From positions 2,046,001 to 2,110,000 of the forward strand of contig JAYWIR010000009.1 of the NCBI GenBank assembly GCA_036172245.1: a DNA stretch of 64,000 nucleotides. The letters run 5' to 3'. The translations under genes were made by a program, and so were the position numbers. Under the pieces are notes generated by a model that was given only the letters and a program-made list of their open reading frames with translations, searched no databases and had not been told where the DNA came from. Positions within the stretch are counted from its first letter, which is position 1. Each line of letters starts with the position of its first letter. Shown here one piece after another: positions 39,144 through 50,685 of this stretch. This DNA comes from Raillietiella orientalis. Taxonomy: Eukaryota.

Positions 39144-39287
39144 CTTTCCCGTCGCAGATGGGGGACGGTCTGAACGCGGAACTTTATGGCGCCATCTCCA
39201 CGAGAGCTGCCGCTCTCCCGAAATCCTCCTCCGCTCCTCCCAGCTACGGGACTTTTTCGTCCTCCAGAAACGTATTTTGAAAGATCC
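39144..39287 (+). repeat. Left arm of ~145-bp inverted repeat pair
   Basis: Reverse complement of 42359-42506; shares ACTTTATGGCGCCATCTCCACGAGAGCTGCC exactly. Confidence 0.9.
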
Positions 39288-42200
39288 GACGCATTAAAGA
39301 TGAAAGAAAATGATGCTCAGATTTTCCCGCTTCATTCCCCCCCCCCCCACACACACACACACGCAATACAAAAAAAAAAATACAAAAACTTTCACGATAC
39401 GCATAATGCTAGAAGTCCACGAATGTGAGTATGGAAAAGTAAAGAGAAAAATTATCAAACTCCGTTTTCCTCACATCCTCACAGCGAATGCACCTTACCG
39501 TTCTTTCGTAAGCAGCTTTTACCTGTCCTTTCCAAATTAGATAAACTGTCGAACACAAAAATAAAGGTAGCATCATCAGTCAAGTCATTCTTTTTTTTTA
39601 ATGGGATATTCCTGATGTTTCACTTTACATCGAAATCTGTGGACACCAACATTTTCAACTTTGTTAACCAAAGGACACGTTGTATCCTTCCATTCAAATT
39701 CCTTCAGTTCTCCCACTTTGCTCTTTTTCTCAGAGGAATCTTACAGAGGGATGCACTGCTGAAAATTGTCAATTTCAACCCAATTCATGTATTTCTCGGC
39801 AACATGGCTACTCACACCCATCGTTCCGTTTTCGGCAGCAGAATTCCTGTAAATATTGGGGTGCATAGGTCCCCGATGCATTTCATCCTTGAACTGAATG
39901 AAACCTAAAAAAAAATCATCTATGCCTTCACGTACCTTCAGGAGCACCTCGTCTGATAGCACTGCCAACATCCTCCCTCAGAATGTCCTCCGAATTTGAA
40001 AAACTTTTCATTTATTCAGGACTGAATACTTTGAAGAACGAAGTAATTTGCTGTCGACACGTAAGGAGGAACCGCGTAGCCGCGATGCTGATAAGAACGT
40101 GGACTGCTCGAGAAGCACATTGTAAGATGCCATCAAAAGTAGGAGAGATGTGAGTAAGGTAAGATGAAAGCGACAGTTGTGAAGATCTTCTTCATTTCTC
40201 GCAACTGGGAAGAGCTGTGCTCTTCTTCAGAATGTTCTCTAGAGCCATTAAATCACTTACAGAAACACTAACATTGCTTACCACTTAATCTTCCTCTCCT
40301 CAAGATAGCATTTCTTCCTTCAAAACATCACAGTGTCTGCCAGTACAGGAGCTGGATTCATTTGCGGCGTAGGATCTCCGAATCTCACGAGATAAATGTT
40401 CCAACGTTCCGGCACTTTCGACAACGGTTCCAAGAACCGCTTCTTCATGTGTTTGTTTGTCTTAGAGGTTTAGTTCGAAAAGCCCCATCTCCCGAGAAAA
40501 CCTAATACAATACTCAAGACAAAGAGCCCCAGCATAAAACCAAATCCTGGATTGACTGGGAAAAGATATCCAAGAGAATGAGAGAACCAAATTGTAAACC
40601 AATCAACAACTGAAACTGATGGGAAGCTGCAGCACGAATCTGCTCCTGGAAACGACTCTACAACGAATTCTGGACTTTTCCGGCCGATAACGAAGCACTT
40701 TCCAATCGCACTTTCTCGGTCTCCATTTCAGTTCCCAGAGACGAGACCAGTGCTGGAAGAGAGCTGCTTCGTAGCACAACCTAACAAACAACCTCTTTCT
40801 TTGAATTTCAAGTAACATGTCGCTTATTCGCTACCTGAAGCGTGCAAACTACTTGTTCTAGATTTCCGCATGTACAAACGAGTAGTGCTTTCACAATTTA
40901 GCCTGCACCGAAAAAATCGTTCGTGAATTTCGTTGCTCCTGAATGCAGCCATCGGGAGAAGAGCATGAGAGGTTCCTTTGAGCACGTCGCTGAGCGAACT
41001 GGCTCCGGGAACCCACATTCTCGACTCCCCTCCATCCTACGTTTCCGTGTCTTCCGCCACTTCCGCATGAACATCGGGGTGAAGCGGCGCCTCCTTACAA
41101 GCCGCCTCAACCGACCAAAGGTGGATTCCAGTACCGCTTTCGCAGCAGCCTGCAGGACTGCGGCCCAGCCTTGAAGTGGAGAACGAGGCATTTTGCTTCT
41201 GCTCGTGAATGCTGTTCCTGGGGCCTGTGGAGTGTATCACTGCTTTCCTCGGTCTTCCCTGACGCCTCTTCCTCAATGGCGTCGCTCCGGCTGCAGCGCG
41301 CCGCAGCTACAGCGTAGCTACGGGTGGGCGTCGCGCGGGACCTCCGACCGCATGGACCTAGAAGTGTGGCGGTACATACGTGCAATTCGCCGTAGGCAAG
41401 CCCACTGCAAGGATGCCTCCAACGCTGCAGGAGCATCCTCCATTCCTGCAGCATCTTTCCATCCTGCAACCACTCCGCAGCAATGCACGCCGCAACACTC
41501 CAAGCAGATCCCAGCCTGAGGGGAAGACACACCGTTCTCGGCGGTGTTCGCAACCGACTGCCCCGAATTTCGTCCCCAGCGGCCCCAACCAACGCGCACC
41601 ACTCACCTAATGCAGCATCCACCGGATTCATCTCCACAACTTCAAGACAAATCCGCAGCTTCCACCAACGAGGTGACATTTGCGTGCTGTAGGTCAATCC
41701 ATGTGCGAACGAAACGGTTTGGTATCAATGTACTCCTCACAGATATGAGGAAAGTACGGGGTTTGCCGAAAAGGGGAAGAGAGGGAATGGGGAACAACAC
41801 GCAAATCGGCACTAAAAAGAAGGCATGACGCAAATGCAGAGCACGGACGCCACCATTTTTGCTTACCTTTACTTCTTTCCTTTTCCTCACCCTTTTCTTT
41901 TTTCCTTCTTTTCCAGATTTTCTTCCTTTCTCCTTTTTCTTTCATTCCTGTCTTTCTCTCTCTTAACTTTTTGTTTTTTTTTGTTACTCTTGCTTTCCAG
42001 GGACTTTACCAGCTGTCAGTCCTCGTTGTCACCACCTCCGTCGGTACCGTCTTCTCCCCACGTCTGCTGGCACTCCTGAGGTTTTGGCTGCTACTGTTGT
42101 CCACCTTTTTCCTGGTTCTTTCCCTCCTTGGAGCGCTTTTGCTCAATTTTGTTTTTACTCCAGCGGCAGCCGGGGTTTCACGTTTAGGGCAAGGCCCTTT

Positions 42201-42358
42201 GCGCTACGAATGTGACTTGGGACGGTCCGGGTTTTTTTTCGAGGTGTCCAGTTGCACCACGATGCCCGCAGTACGTGAGCTTGCCCAATCTATAATTCCG
42301 TTTCTTGAGGTCTCAACCAGCAGCTAAGGAGTTTGGCGCGTTCCTTGGAATATTTCTA

Positions 42359-42506
42359 GGATTTTTTTGCAATATTTCTGGAGGATCCAGACGGAAAAGT
42401 CCCGTGGCTGGAAGGAGCGAAGGAGGATTTCGGAGAGAGGCAGCTCTCGTGGAGATGGCGCCATAAAGTTTCGCGTTCAAACCGTCCTCTAGCTGCGACG
42501 GGAAAG
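42359..42506 (-). repeat. Right arm of ~145-bp inverted repeat pair
   Basis: Matches 39144-39287; abuts the family A tail at 42510. Confidence 0.9.
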
Positions 42507-42509
42507 AAG

Positions 42510-44050
42510 TTTTTTCACCCGGATATGCTGGATCATTTATTACTAAAATTTTATGAACAAGAGTTCATAATAAAGTTTTCTTAGTTTTTTGGGGGGGTTT
42601 TTAGGCAGATTACGTGGTTCTGTCTGTTTGGAAACACTTGTCCTTGCCGACCGTCAGGCCGGTGAAGTCGTCTTTGCTGGCGAAGGAAGCAGGAAAACCA
42701 CAAAAAAAGCAAAAAACACACTAGGGAGGGACCAAGTTTTGCGGGCAGAAAAATACAAAAACAAGGAAAGAAAATAAACAAAAACTAAAGGGGAGGGTAA
42801 TGTTTTGCAGCGAGGAGTGGGAAGGGAAGGGATCACTGCACTCCGCGAGAAGTCCTCTGCTTCCTTGTTTGGATGCGGACTACTGCCAGTCGAACAGTCC
42901 TTAGCTAAGACCATCCGCAAGCCTTCTCCATGGAGATGGCTGTCCAGTGAATGGCTTTCCGGCTGCTGCGGTCTCTCCTCGACACCGTCCATTTGCCCAG
43001 GATTCCGCGTTAGCAGCAGACAACTGATACACACGCGGCTGCTGGCAGGGAGCCCCGCATAGGAGGCGACGGAAAATGGGTTCATCGGGTAGCCAGCTGG
43101 AATGTTCAGAATCGACGACAGTCGGTTCCACATGGGCCGGAGGGCGACGCACTCGACTAGCAGGTGGGGGAAGGTTTCCCTTTCCCCGCAGCCTGTACAA
43201 TCGGCATTCATACTCTCATGAGTCTAGTAAGACAGGCGCGCTCTGCAAAAGACTCCCTAATGCAAGAAGAGCAACGCCGTCTCTTGCCACTTTCTTGGGA
43301 GGGCGTTGTTGTGCCGACGCGCTAGGGACCACTTCTACTCTTCCGGAGGTATGCCGAGCAGCTGACCCCAGAGCAAAAGTCCTTTAGGCGGGACACTAGG
43401 GGTTGCAGCGTCCGCTTTCTCCCGAGTTGTCCACGCCTTTTTTCCTGCCTTCGATGAGGCAGGACACTTCACACGATGCCTCCTCCTGGCTGTACCTAGA
43501 GTACCTTAGGTAGGGCAGCACGGGGACAACTGAAGCAAGCAAAGCCCACAGCGGTTCAGGTGAGTTGGAAACTATCTCCCGCAGGGGCTGTCCAGCGTAC
43601 CTGCCTCTACGGAGGCAGAAGAAGTCCACATCGCTGGAACCGTTCATCTTAGCCTACGCGGAAACTGACTCCTGAAGCCGGGTAGTCCAGTTCGCGGGGA
43701 GGGAGGAGAGCCATGTATTTTCTCTCACCAAGACAACCAAGTTACCCATCTGAAAATCACACTGGTTCAGACTGTGGTCGTTAGCCACAAGGATGAAGGT
43801 CAATCCGTTGCAGTCGGTTGCCTTGTTGGCGAGGAGGCGTGTTGGGGGACACCATGGAGCTGTCCAGTATCTCGCCACAAGGGCGAGCTTGAGAATTCGG
43901 AGCTGGCGCTCCATGCGCTTCAACGTCAGGAGACCGAGTCCACCGTGCCTGTGTGAAGCGCACAAGGCTTTAAGACGGACACGGGACCTCCGAGTGCCCC
44001 ACAGGGTTTTTCTGAGGAGGCCGTCTGTCCTTTTCCTTATTTGGGCTAAC
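42510..44050 (-). mobile_element. Family A 3' fragment (same subfamily as 6531-8770)
   Basis: FCLRRGRYAGQPLREIVSN and CTGCGERETFPHLLVEC. GTGATCCCTTCC at ~42826-42837. Tail at 42510-42541. Confidence 0.88.
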
Positions 44051-44540
44051 TGAAACTACTGATGACTGGTGTGAGTGTCGGACAGTCCATACCTGAAGCT
44101 GGTTCTTGGGTCTCTTCAAGCCTCGCAAGTCTAGTCTGCTACATCTCTCATCTAATGGAAATATTCTTGTCCCGCTCAGGATACCTTCATGGAAGAACAT
44201 AGGAAGCTCAGGTGTCAGGTTTCCAGTGTCAGGTGGTAAGTCACTGTGCCACTGGATCTCTACTATCACAATCAGGCCCACGTCTTGGCACTCATAGTGG
44301 CTGACAGTGGTGGCGAGGGCTCTGACTACCTGCTGTCCGGTGTAAAAAAGGCTTTTCATATTTTTCTTTGCCACCGGGACCCAGGCGTTCTTCTGGTGTA
44401 TCAACACATTGCATGTTTGATGGGTAAAACTTCCTGACATTTTCTGGAGATGCGGGAACATCCGCATGTGGTGACGGATTGCACTGGCGGATAAATGTTC
44501 GAAGTCCTGCGTTCTTATGCTTGACTTGCGGTGTATTCAC
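44051..44540 (-). mobile_element. Family B-related ORF2 C-terminal fragment (second copy)
   Basis: MSGSFTHQT...WHSDLPPDT...FFHEGILSG is paralogous to MSGRFTHRT...WRSDLPPET...FYHGGILSG at 45236-45508. Confidence 0.7.
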
Positions 44541-44719
44541 AGCCGCGTCTCCCGAGGAAAGGGAATGAAGCAGGCCATCACAGAGGCCAATTCTTCTTTC
44601 TAGAGTTCATTGCTGCGAGGCACGATTTTCAGGTTTTGGATCCTCATCAATTCCTGTTTTCTCTTCCAGGTGGGATCGACTTCGATTTTCCCCTAGTCCC
44701 ACAAGGAGTAAGGTAAATT

Positions 44720-47638
44720 AATTTCCTTTCACATTAGCACTACACTTTCTTTCACACTGTTTAAGCACTTTTTTTCTCACTTGGAAGTTCTTTTGGGGTT
44801 TCATAAGTTCTGCACTTAGGATGGGTTCCTCGATGCTGTTGTCCGGACGTCGTCCTCAATCCTCTTCAGGATGTACCGGTACGTCCAGGCTTGGAGTCTT
44901 CGACAATTCCTGATGCCCATCTCCTAAATTAGTCCTTTCAGGATCTCCATCGGGAATGTGGCTGTCCTGGCTTTTCTCATCTTCCACCATCGCACAATTA
45001 TAGCAGTGATTAAGAGAGCAATGGTTACCATTGGGTTGTAAAAGGGAACATTTGCACTTTCCTGAAATATCCCGAAAAGTATTTCCATCACCGAGGTGGT
45101 GGTCATTCCTATGATCTTTTTCAGGATCAGCCAGTCTCGGAGCAATGTGCGACACGTCAAGACATTGAGTCTCTTGTCCGTATCTTTACATGCCTGGCAG
45201 TCTTCGTCGTCCCTTCTTCCAGTAAAGTGCTTTAATCAGGACCCGCTCAGGATTCCTCCGTGGTAGAACATCAGGAGGTTGTCCTGGGTTTCCGGTGGTA
45301 AGTCACTCCTCCAGAACGTAGTGTCAATCGCCAAAAGGTTGATCCTGTCACTTTCGTGGCGGTCGGCAGCTTCCTGGAGGGCACTGATCTCTTTATCTTC
45401 TTCAGTTATTAATCTTCGGAGGTTTTGTTTATTCGCCCTGGACCAAGCGAAGTCCCTGTGGTTTTTCCACACTTCGCGTGTCCTATGGGTAAACCTTCCT
45501 GACATCATTTGTATATACTGAAGTATCCGCGTGTGATGTAGGTATTCTCCTCTTCTCCATTCCTGGATGCATTGAAGGGTAACTCTGGGCCGCTGGTAGA
45601 TCCATCTTTCCGTTCATAGGGGAACTTGAAGCATCCAAGGGATCACCAGGATGGATTCGTTCTGCCAGAGTTCCATGCTTCTGAAAACGATCTTCATTTG
45701 GTGCTTTGGCACCAGCTTTTGTTTCCTCCTCCAGGTGGGGTCCATGGTGAACCATTCCCCTGCTCGGCCTAGCAGTGCAGTCGTCTGGCCTTTCGAGTTG
45801 TTTAACAACCTCGAAGAGGCCCTGTGAGCTGCATAAGGCCAGTCATTCCAATGAACAGCGATATCCAGGATGTGTCGCGTATCCATGATTTCCACGGAAT
45901 GTGCAAGCGACTTCATCCAGGAACCACCGTCTTCTTTGGGACGACACAAGGGTTTCAGTCTAACCCTGGGACGGTATTTCCCCCAGAGGGTTTTCCTCTG
46001 CAGCTTTTCTACTTCTCTGGTAGTGTCCTTGTTCAATTTATGGAAGGCCGCTCCCAAAAGTATCTTTGGAAGGAGTACTCCATTCCAAAGATTGGCCTTC
46101 CGCTTCATGCCAAGGTCCAGTGAAGTGTACTTTGCTGTTTCTTTCGCCTTTTTCTCTAGGATTTCTGTCCACAATAGTTTCCACGCGGAATTGTCGCCTA
46201 TGTGGACTCCTACGTATTTGGCGTTGCCCACTTATCGGAATCCTCTTCCCGTAAGCACAAAGAGGTCCAGAATTCCGATAGACAGAAGTTGACTTCTGGA
46301 CATTGATCTTTAAGCCCAATCCCTCTTCCATCAGCTTCATCACATCCAGGAACGCTTTCTGTTCTCGCTCCTTCTTGATGAAGAAAACGAGGTCGTCTGC
46401 GTAAGCCAGTTGGGTGAGCTTTTGGTCGTCGATAGTGATTCCATGGAGACGTCCACTTCTCTCGATGAAAGAAGACAGTGCCTGCATGTAGATAACAAAC
46501 AGCATCGGACTTAGTGAGTCGCCCTGACGGACTCCTCATTCCATCCGAATGGCTGCTGTTTCTACCCCGTTGATCTTAATTCGGAAGTACTGCTTCTGGA
46601 GTACCATCATCACGAAGTTGCTGAAATATTCCGGAAGTCCCAGCTTTTCCAGAATCTTTAGCAGCATCCCATGGTCGATGGTGCTGAAAGCTTTCTCCAT
46701 GACGGTGAACTAGCACAAGGTTCTCAGCGACGAATCGGTTGAGTCCCACAGTGGCCTGTGTACACTTGACATTGCCCGACATGTGGCGTCCGGGCACCGC
46801 ACATGTCTGGACAGGAAAGATGAGCTTTGTCATAACCTTGCCTAAGCGGTTAGCCCATATTTTTGCCAACCACTTGGCATCGGAGTTCAGGATTGAGATT
46901 GGCATCCATTGGGCAACCTTGGTTAGGTCCCCTCCTTTCGGCAGCAATCTCATCCTGCTATCGTAGAAGGATTCTGGTAGCCCACCTTCTTCTCGGATGC
47001 AGAGGGTCCACTGGTGGAACAAACGCAGGTAAGCATGCAGGTACCTCTTATATGAGTGATGGGAACACTTGCAGGGCCTGCCGCCACATCCTTGCGTAGT
47101 TCCGAAAACGCAGCCTTCACCTCGTCTTCGGAAAAATCCTCTCCCAATTTCTTTCGCTGGAGTTCGTCGATCTTCTTTCCTAAATGCTTCAGGAAGACCT
47201 TTTGGTTTACTAGGCACAATTGATGCTGTCGGAAATGCTCCGTGTAGTGCCTTTGGAAGGCATCCACGATGTCATCCGACATGTGTCGACTGTAGCCGCC
47301 GTATTGGATACAGAAGATGTCTGTTGTCAGATTCTTCTTTTTCAGCACACCGACTTCTCCTTCAACATTTTGGAAGACGTACCGACTCTCGTACTGTTCG
47401 TAGTATCTTGAGAGGAGCGATCTTGGGTTTTCAGCTCCCGGTACGCCTCCTGCCTCAATCTCCTATCTCCGAATTGCATATTTGCAAAGAGATGGATCGT
47501 GTGCTTCAGGCTGTCCCAGTCGGCTACTCTTCGGATCGTGGTGGTCTTCAGAATCGCCTCCAGGACCTCCTGATGACAGGGATGGTTATCGAACCAGGCG
47601 GGCATGCTGATGAGCGCCGGTGGACACGGTGTCCCCAC
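44720..47638 (-). mobile_element. Tx1/L1-clade family B, 3' part (linker, RT, C-terminus), frameshifted
   Basis: LLPKGGDLTKVAQWMPISILNSDAK, VRQGDSLSPMLF, LAYADDL, KYVGV, LCRPKEDGG and CQACK. The 3' boundary is approximate. Confidence 0.88.
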
Positions 47639-47641
47639 GGT

Positions 47642-49151
47642 GTTGCTGGGGACATATTATTTGATTTTCTAGAATCCAGTCCCGCAGACGACCAGCCAAG
47701 AATTTCGTATAAAGACGATAGCTGGCGTTACGGATTGAAATTGGACGCCAGTCAGACATGTTATGTGAGGATGGTTCGCGTTTCGGTATCAAAACCCTAC
47801 GCGTGCATTTCCAAGAGGATGGAACTCTTTTATGCTTTAGCAGGTTGTTAAAGATGGCAGTCAACAACCCTGCTTCAGGATCCACCGTCTTTCATCCTGA
47901 GTAGGTTATTCCATCCAGACCAGATGAAGAGTTCTTCGCTTTTCTCAACCAAGAAGCCACCTCTTCTTGCGTGAAGGGGGACAATTCTAGGGGAGCAACT
48001 TGCAAGTCTCTCCCTAGAAGTATATTCCCCGGCAGATTGCAGTCAATCGTCGGGGATGCCTCCAGTTCATCGTGGAAGTGTTTTTCAATCTTCCCGGCAT
48101 CAATTTGGCAGCGAGATTCCATCTGCCATAAAATTGACCGGAAGGCCCTCCGTCGGTTCATTCGATACATTCTTTGTATCTCAGCCTTATTGTGTGGGTC
48201 TACTTCTCATGGTTTGCTGTGACCCTTTGGTGAACCGATCTTTAGAATTTTCCTTATCTTTTCCACCAATTCGTCAAAGGCGTTATTGAAGTCGGACCAT
48301 TCCATAATGTCCGACTCCAAGAACCCTGAGAAGACTTTCCTATCATCTTCCAACTGCTCGCTGATTTCAGTTAATTTTACCCGTTTCTTTGCCGTTCGAG
48401 TAGGGGCATCGGTAATATGCATCTCATCAACTGCTTCAAGAATGCTGCTTAACACTTGTTCTTCTCCAGACTCGATTTCTGTAGTTCTTCTCTCTTCTGG
48501 TACAGGGAATAGAGGAGCATCGCACCAGATCCTAAGATCAACGGGCTGCTCATCCTCTATCCCAAGATGTGTAACATCTTCCGTGATGTCCTCTTCCAGA
48601 GATTACCCAACAATTTTATCAAGGTTTCCAAAGAAACCTGCACCTAGCTCATCATCATCTTTCTCTAAGTTGGCTTGTACAGGGCTAGGAATTGCTTGTA
48701 CTTCTTGCTCTTCTCCTGGAAGGGCAACAACCACAGGAGAAGGAGATCGTGTTCTCCTTTCCACCCGATCATGCCAGATTTGGTGGTTCAGAAAACCCCT
48801 TCTCGAGGAGAAAGCCATTCCACACCTTGGCTTGTTGCAGGAAAACCTCATCGGTACTTCTGCCACAGGTGGACGAGGGGGGAAATCGGTGGGTTCTTGT
48901 TCAGCGCCAACGTTGGCGCGACGATGGTCCGAAGGTATTCTGAAAACAATTGTTTCCAAGCATAGGCGGCACTTGTAAACCACCCGATCCACTTCGAACC
49001 CTTGAACACTTCTAAAATGCCTTTTCAGGGAGTGGATCTGTTGGTGGATCGCAGCCATTCTTGTTGCAAAATTACAGCTGGCCACGCCACAACTCAGTGG
49101 CGTGGCTAGAGGATGTCGAATGGTGACCACACAAGAATGTGGTTCCACCAT
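47642..49151 (-). mobile_element. Utopia/NeSL-like ORF fragment (N-terminal Zn fingers plus RT motifs 0-2), 3'-truncated
   Basis: C2H2-like CNKPRCGMAFSSRRGFLNHQIWH, YRMNRRRAFRSI, PFTQEEV, SSGLDGITY, WKCTRRVLIPK and DWRPISI...YRLYTKFLAGRL...ICPQQ. There is no APE upstream, and a U2 fragment lies 5'. Confidence 0.75.
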
Positions 49152-49912
49152 TCCACCCTCTCAACCATCTCCATATTGCAACAGAGACGCCGCGCTCAAC
49201 ACCAAGCGGCAGATGTTGCCGGGCTGCACACCGAAGCAGTGAATGCCACGCTACTTCAGTAGCAATATCTCGAGAACAGACAACCGTTTAGAGAAAACAC
49301 AAAGGCCATCAAAATTATCTTGTAAGTGGTGATCAGTTGTGAAAACAAAAAAGGGCAAAAACATCAGCAAAACACAAAGAAAATAGGCAAATTGAACAAA
49401 TTATCAAAAATACGCATACAAAAATAAACAGACAATGCAAAAATGAAAAGTAAACCGAACAAAACAATTGACACTGGACGTTCTTTATTTTCAGACAGTC
49501 TAGACCGAAAGTCTAGACTATACCGGGAGACATTGCCCAGACAGGACACATATCCAGACATCGCTTCCGGTCCACTATTGGAAACATGTTGACGGCACAG
49601 TGAAAATGACAGTGCAAAAAAAAAAAAAACAGACAGTATAAATAAATCACATAAAGCAAAAAAGGCAAAATAACCACAGAAAGTTAAATACAACAACACA
49701 AAAAAGTAAAAAATAATAAATCACACATAAATAAACATAAACATAAATTTAAAAAGGGATAACATAGAAGCAAAATCACAAAGATCACCAACACACAACC
49801 ACAAAGTACAGAGGAACAAGACTAATCAAGGGAACACAACACATTGGAGAATACACCTGGACACAGGATACAGGAACATATTACACTGAGAACATATAAA
49901 AAACACACACTT

Positions 49913-49973
49913 ATATTAAACTGATAAGACACTACACTACACTTTGATCTTAGCCAAAAGGCCGAGAAGCGAT
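49913..49973 (-). pseudogene. U2: U2 snRNA 5' fragment (nt 1-61)
   Basis: Minus strand ATCGCTTCTCGGCCTTTTGGCTAAGATCAAAGTGTAGT-gtagtg-TCTTATCAGTTTAATAT. It matches metazoan U2 except nt 39-44, and similarity ends after ~61 nt. Confidence 0.93.
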
Positions 49974-50672
49974 GGTGCTGCCTTGTTTCCGCCGAGGATT
50001 TTCCGTCCTCAGGGAAAACCGCATCAAGGGGTGATCGGACAACGCGGTGGGGATGACACGAAAACCTTGAATGCGGTTCCCCAGTTCCGTGCTGTGAAGG
50101 ACGTGGTCGGTCGGACTGTGGCTTGCTATTCGCCACAGCAGTCCGAACTCGTCGGAAAGCCGCCGATACGCCTTCCTTCCTCCGGCGTCCTGGGATCTTG
50201 TGGGTTCGTCCAGGATGTTGAGATCGCCAGCAACGATCACGACGTCCTTGGGCGCGACCTTTTCCCGGAGTGCCGCATGCAGCGCCTCCGCACATCGATG
50301 TTTGTACCTATGTGGCCCATACACGTTTACCAAGAAAAGGTGAACGTTAGCGGACCAGGCCAGTCGCACGCAGATGATACGTCCCAGCAAGGGACAGAAG
50401 ACTTCCAGAATGGTAGGGGCCAGTTGGTTCTTGACCAAGACCACCACACCTTCCGTGTTCCGCTGTCCTTTGCTGACGAACATCTGCCCATCGAAACGTC
50501 GTTCCATTTGCTGTATGATGTGGAGACCCAACGTGTGGGTCTCCTGCAGGCACACGATGTCTTGTTGTGCGATGATCCGCACAATTCTTCTTCTTTGAAC
50601 CTGGTTGATCAGACCGTTTACATTCCAGGAGGCGATGTTAATCCTCCTGGCGGTCGACAGGGTTGAGGCCAT
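49974..50672 (-). pseudogene. Family B ORF2 APE endonuclease domain, interrupted
   Basis: ASWNVNG, CLQETH, NVYGP, AGDLN, TDHV and LSDH motifs. Confidence 0.9.
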
Positions 50673-50685
50673 AAAAGGGGAAGGC

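Noticed and set aside
44738..44748. AAAGTGTAGTG (U2 branch-pairing-like) near the family B 3' end, suggesting Keno-like U2 targeting
   Set aside because: Only 10-11 nt with no further U2 sequence; compatible with chance.
49913..49973. Functional U2 snRNA gene
   Set aside because: Only ~61 nt long, with no Sm site or 3' stems, and upstream is retrotransposon coding sequence rather than a promoter.
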